In this document: in pieces, positions 8,982 to 15,400 of the stretch
How positions within the stretch are numbered: the stretch's first letter is position 1
Layout: every line of letters begins with the position of its first letter
Translations under genes and position numbers: made by a program
The notes under the pieces: model-generated
Told to the model about the DNA's origin: nothing
The model's database searches: none
The model's input: only the letters and a program-made list of their open reading frames with translations
Assembly (NCBI GenBank): GCA_031422435.1
Contig: JANPLU010000081.1
Coordinates: 1 to 33,662, forward strand
Origin: Acaryochloridaceae cyanobacterium VAR_48_metabat_390
Lineage (GTDB): Bacteria; Cyanobacteriota; Cyanobacteriia; Thermosynechococcales; Thermosynechococcaceae
Length of the DNA: 33,662 nucleotides
Reading direction: 5' to 3'

Positions 8982-9605
8982 ACCCCCAGGTTGACCGCGA
9001 GCTGAGCTGTTTGCCCCCTCTTGAGCACGGTTGGAGCGTAGCGGAAACGGTGCTTCTATACCCCCATGAGCGATTGGCAAGGGGCAAAAGTAAGCGATAT
9101 AAAAAGGGCTTACCACCCAAAAGCGCAGTAAGCCCCGTTTGTTGTTTTAGGCTTATGCCCAAAGTTATTTTAGGGGCTGGATGCGCCAATCAACAAAAAG
9201 CCCATCCATAAAGACGCGGACTTTTGATGTATTTCCCCCTTGCCAAAAAAGACCAACCCCCTACACTGGAAAATCTTGTGGCGGCGCGCGTAATGCAAAT
9301 ACCAGGCCAACCGTTTCGCATCGCCGCCGCCCCGACCAGAGCGCTATGGGGGTTGGTTCTTTTAGCGATGGGCTATGGGCAAGAGCGCGGCATCGCGCAA
9401 CGTTAAACAATCTGTTTAGATTCCAACCCTACCTGCATAGCCTCTCACCTATCTTCGGGAGGGACGCGGGGTTTCAGGGCGCGGGGTGTGGAGTGCCTGG
9501 GGCAATATTTCCGATGGCGATCGCCACCGTTCCGCACACCCCCAGGCGAGGCTTCACACCCAATCCAAGGTACTGAAGCAGAAGCCGTCCATAAAAAAAG
9601 GGCAG
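8982..9605. other. Long structured non-coding element, copy 1
   Basis: Closely similar to 11985-12629 with frame-breaking indels; multiple long inverted repeats; embedded TTGCCA-N16-TACACT. Confidence 0.8.
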
Positions 9606-9623
9606 GAGCCGAAGCCCCCACCC
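9593..9623 (-). terminator. Intrinsic terminator with C(UUCG)G loop
   Basis: Minus strand gggtgggggc-ttcg-gctcctgccc-TTTTTTT, 7 nt after the stop of the 9631-9870 ORF. Confidence 0.8.
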
Positions 9624-9630
9624 AAGAACC

Positions 9631-9870
9631 TTATGGCAACGGACAGCAAGGAAAGACCTGAACCAAGTAGGTACAGAGACCCGCACCCGCCTTGAACTGA
9701 ACTACACCCGGCGCAATGACCTGCACCGACTTAGCCCCGTGCCACTCTAAGCGCGAAGCCGCCTTAGCTGTAAACGCCTGGGGAACGCCAGCTAAGCGCG
9801 ACCAACCGCCACCACGTGCAACTACGTGACAGCCAGACCAATCAAACGAAATGCTTGGAGACATAAACAA
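9631..9870 (-). CDS. Hypothetical small protein
   Basis: ORF ends immediately before a strong terminator; last gene of a leftward cluster; start may be the ATG at 9864. Confidence 0.5.
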   Translation of the reverse strand: MFMSPSISFDWSGCHVVARGGGWSRLAGVPQAFTAKAASRLEWHGAKSVQVIAPGVVQFKAGAGLCTYLVQVFPCCPLP

Positions 9871-10034
9871 TAAAGCCTAAGACAACGGGGTAGGGCAAAC
9901 TGCCTACCCCGCTGTTGCCACGAGTGTATTGAGGTCAAGGGCAGCGGGTGGGGGACTGGGGCACCCCCCAGAGATAAACCTTTAGACCTTACAAACCCCC
10001 GCTGTTTACTGAAGGCACGGACTGAACGGAGCAA
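9822..10034 (-). CDS. Hypothetical small protein
   Basis: Overlapping member of the leftward small-ORF cluster; no recognisable motif. Confidence 0.35.
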   Translation of the reverse strand: MLRSVRAFSKQRGFVRSKGLSLGGAPVPHPLPLTSIHSWQQRGRQFALPRCLRLYCLCLQAFRLIGLAVT

Positions 10035-10251
10035 CGCTGCTTAGAGGGGGCGATTGACCCAAGACCATAACGTTGCGTAGAGAAGGAGTACCGCAAGCCC
10101 TTGACCCCACCCAGAGGCAGTACAATAGCGCCCCTGTGTTAGGCAAACAAATGTACTGCCCCCTTGAGGGGGTTGGCGGGGTGATATTTCTTAAAAGCGA
10201 AGCATGAGCAACCCAACAGCCGGAGCGAAGCGTTATGCGAACGGCTGACAA
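10006..10251 (-). CDS. Hypothetical protein, possibly the 3' part of a longer ORF from 10398 interrupted by TAG
   Basis: Same frame as the ATG at 10398, with a single in-frame TAG at 10308-10306. Confidence 0.35.
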   Translation of the reverse strand: MSAVRITLRSGCWVAHASLLRNITPPTPSRGQYICLPNTGALLYCLWVGSRACGTPSLRNVMVLGQSPPLSSVAPFSPCLQ

Positions 10252-10443
10252 AGTGGCGGAAACCGCCCCGTGCTGAAGCCTGCTAATGCCGCTATGCCAC
10301 CGCGTCTAAGCGAACGCTGCTAAAGAATACCCAACCGCTGCAATAGAGAAACCGCCGTCTTCAAAATGGCGATCGCTCACATTTGAATGGTCACTCATTG
10401 AGTCTGGTCAGAAACTTTAAAACAAAATCCAAACGGATTGCAT

Positions 10444-10480
10444 TATCTATCAAATAGATATATTATTGTATACAACAATA
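10444..10480. promoter_or_regulatory. Tandem palindromes (candidate operator) in a divergent promoter region
   Basis: tatctat-caa-atagata (10444-10460) abutting tattattgtatacaacaata (10461-10480), just upstream of an RHH-like gene. Confidence 0.5.
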
Positions 10481-10493
10481 TAAAAAATAAGAA

Positions 10494-10727
10494 ATGGGAA
10501 ACCCAAACCCTAGGCCAGAGAACTTAAGACACATACCACGCAGTGATGACACAACAGATCCACTTGCTGCTACTGCCTTAATGGCGCGGGTACCCGTGCA
10601 TATTGATGCAGCAGTGCGATCGCTACCCAACCGTTCGGCATGGCTACGCCGCGTCATCACCGAAGCAGCAGTGCGTGAACTGATAAAGGACGATGTCCTG
10701 AGCTTGTCGAAGGATGGTGAGGTATGA
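10494..10727 (+). CDS. Small ribbon-helix-helix-like regulator
   Basis: GNPNP N-terminus, LMARVP strand, DAAVRSLPNRSAWLRRVITEAA helices. Confidence 0.75.
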   Translation: MGNPNPRPENLRHIPRSDDTTDPLAATALMARVPVHIDAAVRSLPNRSAWLRRVITEAAVRELIKDDVLSLSKDGEV

Positions 10728-10996
10728 CCGAACGATGGACTGATGAACGGTTAGACAAATTTGCTTCTACCGTAGAGAACAATCTTATCGACCTGCATCG
10801 CGCCACCACTGGCAGAGAGAGGGCAATGGAGTCTTTAGCGCATACGCAAATTCAGATTCTTCAGCGTGTGGAACAGATGCAAGAGAACATTCAAACGATT
10901 CAAATCGAAATAAAAGAGATCCAGTCTGAGGTTGTAGGACTGCAAACCGAGAATCGTCGCATTCTGGATCGCCTGTTTGGGGAGCGTGAGATATGA
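10724..10996 (+). CDS. Small coiled-coil protein (WTDERLD type)
   Basis: Heptad pattern; GAGG RBS; ATGA coupling on both sides. Confidence 0.75.
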   Translation: MTERWTDERLDKFASTVENNLIDLHRATTGRERAMESLAHTQIQILQRVEQMQENIQTIQIEIKEIQSEVVGLQTENRRILDRLFGEREI

Positions 10997-11259
10997 CCGC
11001 AGCACAACCGGATAGATTAGATCGACTAGAAGCATTAGTTGAAGCCAATACAGTCAACCTTGCCAAACTGGAAGCAAGGCTAGAGAAACAGTCTGAACGA
11101 TGGGATGAGCGATACTTTCAGCTCACCAGAGACACCCTAGGGACAGCAAAGACCATTATTGTGACCGCTGGCACCGTAGTCATCCTTTCCCCATTACTTC
11201 AGGCACTTTCACCAGCCATCAAAGAGCTAGTTGTAAGACTGTTGGGAGAGCAGGGATAA
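10993..11259 (+). CDS. Coiled-coil protein with C-terminal hydrophobic helix
   Basis: PDRLDRLE start, heptads, hydrophobic IIVTAGTVVILSPLL; ATGA coupling. Confidence 0.75.
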   Translation: MTAAQPDRLDRLEALVEANTVNLAKLEARLEKQSERWDERYFQLTRDTLGTAKTIIVTAGTVVILSPLLQALSPAIKELVVRLLGEQG

Positions 11260-11276
11260 CTAATGCAGACAAACTC

Positions 11277-11297
11277 TATTTTCCCGTTATTTTCCCG
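11277..11297. repeat. Tandem 10-bp direct repeat, candidate integrase arm-type sites
   Basis: tattttcccg at 11277-11286 and 11288-11297, about 65 bp from the tRNA-derived core. Confidence 0.5.
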
Positions 11298-11360
11298 CAG
11301 ATGATTTTAGATACTGCTGTAACTGTTGCTCTGTAAGTCTTTCAGCTATAGATAGCCCAT

Positions 11361-11404
11361 CAATGGCATTGCAGGGGTCAGCGGTTCGAATCCGCTTAGC
11401 TCCA
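11361..11404 (+). other. 3' half of tRNA-Ala(GGC), putative attR core
   Basis: Anticodon loop ATGGCAT, 3' anticodon stem TGCAG, T-arm AGCGG-TTCGAAT-CCGCT and acceptor 3' strand TAGCTCCA; no D-arm or 5' acceptor strand upstream. Confidence 0.9.
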
Positions 11405-11476
11405 TTGGTTGGGGAACCATTATCTGATAAGGCTTGCGGGGTTTCAAGGGAAACTTCAAAAAGTAAGGTAAATAGC

Positions 11477-11671
11477 TTGGGACAAGGCAGACCAGGGGGG
11501 AACCCCGATTTGAAGCAGCACCAGTTCACCACCGGACGGGAAGAACCGTTATTGGAGCTGATGGCGGTGCGGGTGAGTGCGAGTATGAAAGCGCGTCTAC
11601 GCGGGTTAGAAGACTGGCAAGAATTTGTGAGAAGTGCGATCGCCAAGAAGCTGGAGCGTGAAGCACCATGA
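11477..11671 (+). CDS. RHH-like regulator (RPGGNPD type), copy 2; start uncertain or degenerate
   Basis: GRPGGNPD...WQEFVRSAIAKKLERE homologous to 8238-8432; the ATG of copy 1 corresponds to AAG here; in-frame TTG at 11477. Confidence 0.6.
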   Translation: MGQGRPGGNPDLKQHQFTTGREEPLLELMAVRVSASMKARLRGLEDWQEFVRSAIAKKLEREAP

Positions 11672-11970
11672 CTCAAGCACAGCCCGACCGTCTCGACCAG
11701 CTTGAGTCTGTGATTGAACGGATAGACAGGAAGCTGGATATTATTTCCGTTGACATCGTAGAGATTAAGGTATCGCAAGCTAGAACGGATGAACGCCTGA
11801 ATAGCATGGAGGTTCAGGTTTCAGACCTCAAAAAGAGTACAGATACTCAGTTTGCGGATATTAGGGTTCAGCTCCGCGCTCAGGATGGTCGTCTGTGGAC
11901 GTTTATTTCAGCGCTGGTGCTGGCAGTGGTGGGGTTGCTGACTAAGTTTTTGTTTTTCCCGCAAGCTTGA
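11668..11970 (+). CDS. Coiled-coil protein with C-terminal transmembrane anchor
   Basis: MTQAQPDRLDQLE start similar to the 10993 gene; heptads; LWTFISALVLAVVGLLTKFLFF. Confidence 0.75.
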   Translation: MTQAQPDRLDQLESVIERIDRKLDIISVDIVEIKVSQARTDERLNSMEVQVSDLKKSTDTQFADIRVQLRAQDGRLWTFISALVLAVVGLLTKFLFFPQA

Positions 11971-11984
11971 CTACTTCTTTACCC

Positions 11985-12629
11985 ACCCCCAGGTTAGCCG
12001 CGATCTGAGCTGTTTGCCCCCTCTTGAGCACGGTGCTTCTAATCTCTAGTCGGTGCGACAGCACGGAGAAAGCCCCATGAGCGATTGGCAAGGGGCAAAA
12101 GTAAGCGATATAAAAAGGGCTTACCACTCAAAAGCGCAGTAAGCCCCATTCGTTGTTTATAGACTTTGTCATAAGTATTTTAGGGGCTGGATGCGCCAGA
12201 AACAAAAAGCCCATCCATAAAGACGCGGACTTTTGATGTATTTACCCCTTGCCAAAAAAGACCAACCCCCTACACTGGAAAATCTTGTGGCGGCGCGCGT
12301 AATGCAATACCAGGCCAACCGTTTCGCATCGCCGCCGCCCCGACCAGAGTGCATGGGGGTTGGTTCTTTTAGCGATGGATAAAGGGCAAGAGCGCGGCAT
12401 CGCGCAACGTTCAACAATCTGTTTAGATTCCAACCCTACCCGCATAGCTCCCACCCAACCCATCTTCGGGAGGGACGCGGGGTTTCAGGGCGCGGGGTGT
12501 GGAGTGCCTGGGGCTAAAGTGCAGTGCGAAGAGCAAGCGCAACGAAGTCGTTCGCCACAATTCCGCACATCCCCAAGAGAGGCTTTACACCCAATCCAGA
12601 GTCTTGATGACGTCCATAAAAAAGGGCAG
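11985..12629. other. Long structured non-coding element, copy 2
   Basis: Homologous to 8982-9605 with the same stems and TTGCCA(12249)-N16-TACACT(12271). Confidence 0.8.
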
Positions 12630-12657
12630 AGTCTGGCGGTCTTTCAGACCCGTGCCC
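12618..12657 (-). terminator. Intrinsic terminator-like hairpin
   Basis: Minus strand gggca-c-gggtctg...cagactc-tgccc-TTTTTT at the same position as the terminator of copy 1. Confidence 0.65.
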
Positions 12658-12930
12658 TCGGAAGTAGTGAGAATTTTAAGGAGTACTGAAATTTCCAAAA
12701 ACTCAAGGAATTTACTCACAATCATATCAATAATTTCCTCAAGCCAGATATTCTAATTCCGGCTTAATATCATCGCTCCCAAAGATCCACACCCTTTTGA
12801 ATTGGCACATTGATTCAATACAGTCCTCCTGTCTTCTCTGTTTTAGAGATGTTCCCCTTCACTCGATCAAGCGATCTATATGGTTTGAATCTAGAGAAGC
12901 GTTAATTTCAACTCTAAACAAGCAATTTAT

Positions 12931-13341
12931 CTAGAACACAAGAGATCCATTGCAAACTTCTCTTGTTCTAAGATTTACAGCCCTAGCAGTGATCACATCA
13001 TTTCCTGCTAGATTATTCGTTAGCAATTCAATAGAATAAGAACCACTGGGAGGTTGCGTTACTCGATTCCCGGAAAAAATAATTCTGCCATTGTCTTTAA
13101 TGACATTGCTCCAAGTTTTTCCAACAACATTTTGATCAACTTCAAATTCTACATCAATGCGACCATTATCAGATTTCGCCTTAAGTCTCCAGTCACTGGT
13201 ACCAGAGCAACTCCCTTGAGTGATAACACGGTCTTCTACTTTTGCTTGAGCCTTAAAAGCTAAACCAGAAAGTAGCGTAATACTAGATAGGCTCAAGACA
13301 ATGCCAAACTGTTGAACCATTTTTCTGCTGATAGTCGTCAT
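12931..13341 (-). CDS. Secreted hypothetical protein, probable ECF target
   Basis: Signal peptide ending AQA; two Cys; AGGAG RBS; two ECF-type promoters upstream. Confidence 0.8.
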   Translation of the reverse strand: MTTISRKMVQQFGIVLSLSSITLLSGLAFKAQAKVEDRVITQGSCSGTSDWRLKAKSDNGRIDVEFEVDQNVVGKTWSNVIKDNGRIIFSGNRVTQPPSGSYSIELLTNNLAGNDVITARAVNLRTREVCNGSLVF

Positions 13342-13462
13342 GATTTTTCAACTCCTAAATTGCTGTTTATATCACTTCATAAAAGAACTTTTCCACCCAC
13401 TTAAAATGCGACCTGCATTCAAGATGAGTAACTCGGTTCTTCATTTACATTCCAATGTCTTT

Positions 13463-13492
13463 AGTACGGATGTAGATTCACTTCGGATCACA
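13463..13492 (-). promoter_or_regulatory. ECF sigma promoter TGATCC-N16-CGTACT
   Basis: Minus strand TGTGATCCGA-N10-CATCCGTACT; repeated at 13538-13567. Confidence 0.7.
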
Positions 13493-13537
13493 AATCAACG
13501 ATTTTATTGAAAGGCGTCTTGGTAATCTTCTGTATTA

Positions 13538-13567
13538 AGTACGGATGGAACGATGAGTCGGATCACA
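13538..13567 (-). promoter_or_regulatory. ECF sigma promoter TGATCC-N16-CGTACT
   Basis: Both 10-mers and spacing identical to 13463-13492; the spacer sequence differs. Confidence 0.7.
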
Positions 13568-13649
13568 TTTTCTCAAAATAAATTTTGAGCTTGGTGCTAA
13601 ATAGAGCATTCATGGGTGATTGAAGGCTCAAAATAGGCTGCTGCTTATA

Positions 13650-13677
13650 TGATCTAAACGCATCGCTCAACCGTACT
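13650..13677 (+). promoter_or_regulatory. ECF sigma promoter TGATCT-N16-CGTACT (autoregulatory)
   Basis: Same bipartite motif and spacing, oriented toward the anti-sigma/sigma genes. Confidence 0.6.
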
Positions 13678-13800
13678 AGAAGAGTAAGGAACGGATAAAT
13701 CTTAGGAAATGATCTTTCAATGGGTGCCCAATGGGTAAGATGAACCCATACCTTCATAATTTGGAACTAGGCAACTAACCGGCTGAAACAGTAAAAGACC

Positions 13801-14556
13801 ATGATGCATGATGCTTTCTCTAACGTTGGACTATCTGATGAGATTGAAGAACTCCTGACAGGGTATGTTCTCAATCAGTTGTCACCTCAGGAACGCGCTA
13901 GGGCTGAAGTCTTAGTTCAGCAAAATCCTGAAGTGCAACAGGCATTAGAGCATCTGGAAGCAGTTATGGGTCTTATGGCTCATGGTGCGCCACCCATTAA
14001 AGCTCCTACTACTCTACGATCGCAGATACTGACTTCTGCTCAACAGGCCTCAGTTCCGCCTCAGATTCTTCGAGTACACCCCCCAAAAAAACGACTGTGG
14101 CGACGAGGGGCGATCGCCGCTAGCCTGGCGATGGGACTAGGGTTAGTACTGGGGCTGGATAATATTCGTTTACGAACCCAAGTGGTAAGGCTAGAATCGG
14201 ATGTTAAAGTTCTAACAGCGTCAGAGCATCAAATTTTTACGCTTCAGGGCACTAAGATTTCTCCCGCTGCTTCAGGAAGCGTCGTGTTGGACTTAGAACA
14301 CGCTAGAGCCGCAATCACCCTTCAATATTTGCCCCTGCCTCCGCAAGGCAGTCAATATAATCTTTGGGCACTCACCTCGAACAAGCCTATTTCCTGTGGG
14401 GTTTTTCACCCCGATCTAATGGGACGGGTAGCCGTTAATATTGCGATACCTATTCATGAGTACACTGGACGGGCAACCCGTTTATTTGTAACCCAAGAAT
14501 CCTCTGACCATGTGCAACGTCCAAGTGTAAAGGTCGTCATGGATAGTGTTCTATAA
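13801..14556 (+). CDS. Anti-sigma factor, RskA-like
   Basis: EELLTGYVLNQLSPQE N-terminal anti-sigma domain, APTTLRSQIL, TM helix, LPLPPQGSQYNLWA and FVTQE of the RskA C-terminal domain. Confidence 0.85.
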   Translation: MMHDAFSNVGLSDEIEELLTGYVLNQLSPQERARAEVLVQQNPEVQQALEHLEAVMGLMAHGAPPIKAPTTLRSQILTSAQQASVPPQILRVHPPKKRLWRRGAIAASLAMGLGLVLGLDNIRLRTQVVRLESDVKVLTASEHQIFTLQGTKISPAASGSVVLDLEHARAAITLQYLPLPPQGSQYNLWALTSNKPISCGVFHPDLMGRVAVNIAIPIHEYTGRATRLFVTQESSDHVQRPSVKVVMDSVL

Positions 14557-14716
14557 GCTTGGGAGCTAAAGTTTTTCAAAACATTTTGACGTTTTAAATC
14601 GGAAAGTGCAAAAATCGATGAACTTCTGCAGCAGTCTCACCATCTCACAAACTTAGATTCGTTCTGAAGTTTTTGTGAGGCCTTATGAAGTGCTATGTTT
14701 TGGATCCGGTCAGATT

Positions 14717-15283
14717 GTGCGTGTGTCATCATCCCCATTAACTGAACAAGAATTGGTTTTAGCCCTCCAATCAAAAGATATTCGAGGGCTGGAGCATCTG
14801 TACGATCTTTATAGCGACCTGATGTACGGACTGGCACTGCATATCTTAAAGAGTCCTCAAGAAGCTGAAGATTTGGTGCAGGAAATCATACTGAATCTTT
14901 GGAATCAGTTTTCCTACAATCCGCAGCGGGGTAAACTCAAAACCTTTTTGATGATACTGGTGCGATCTAGAGCCATTGATCGACTGCGATCATATCAATC
15001 TAAACAACAAGCCTTGGAACGATTAGGCCATGAAGATAAGGATTTACCCAGCAGCAGTATTCCAATGACGGCTGCCGTTTCCGATGAAATTGCCCAACGT
15101 GTGCAGCAAGCCTTAGCGGATTTACCCCTCAATCAACGTCAGGCGCTAGAGCTGGCCTACTACGAGGGTTTAAGCCAGACCGAAATTGCTCAAAAACTCT
15201 TTATTCCCGTGGGAACGGTCAAAAGCTGGGTACGACTGAGCTTTGTAAAATTACGGAATTCTCTTCAAGATTTAGTTTATTAA
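14717..15283 (+). CDS. ECF RNA polymerase sigma factor, SigK-like
   Basis: AEDLVQE, RSRAIDRLR (region 2) and LAYYEGLSQTEIA...GTVKSWVR (region 4); start uncertain (GTG 14675/14717/14723). Confidence 0.92.
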   Translation: MRVSSSPLTEQELVLALQSKDIRGLEHLYDLYSDLMYGLALHILKSPQEAEDLVQEIILNLWNQFSYNPQRGKLKTFLMILVRSRAIDRLRSYQSKQQALERLGHEDKDLPSSSIPMTAAVSDEIAQRVQQALADLPLNQRQALELAYYEGLSQTEIAQKLFIPVGTVKSWVRLSFVKLRNSLQDLVY

Positions 15284-15400
15284 GTTTTCGATGAAATCGT
15301 AAACCAGGCTATCCCAAATGTCGGGGCGGGACTCATCACGACATTTTCTTATATCGCCAGATCATTTCTGATGGCTTGGAGTGTCTCAACGCGATCAAGT

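Larger units (their letters stand above)
1..11404. mobile_element. tRNA-Ala(GGC)-integrated element (phage-satellite/PICI-like or cryptic prophage), left part outside window
   Basis: Xis-like gene, primase-helicase, tape-measure-like gene and many small ORFs, closed by a 3' tRNA-Ala fragment at 11361-11404 with nearby 10-bp direct repeats. Integrase and intact tRNA are expected upstream of base 1 but not seen. Confidence 0.8.

Noticed and set aside
9363..9368. TAGCGA matching the CS-6 box of rolling-circle ssoA origins
   Set aside because: A 6-mer is expected by chance and no accompanying RS-B site was recognised; not used as evidence.
8982..9605. Group I/II intron, retron or IS/MITE identity for the duplicated element
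   Set aside because: No recognisable group II domain V or termini, no reverse transcriptase, transposase or nuclease gene nearby, and no terminal inverted repeats with target duplication seen. A covariance-model search is still needed to exclude known RNAs.
8886..9695. Many overlapping ORFs across the folded element (and 11942-12756 in copy 2)
   Set aside because: Indels between copies (e.g. aatgcaaatacc vs aatgcaatacc) change frames, so no ORF is conserved end to end.
11340..11404. Functional tRNA-Ala gene
   Set aside because: D-arm, 5' acceptor strand and most of the 5' anticodon stem are missing; treated as an att remnant.
11363..11476. N-terminal extension of the 102-aa ORF, and the opposite-strand ORF 11287-11778
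   Set aside because: Both read through the tRNA fragment; homology to the 8238 paralog begins only at RPGGNPD.
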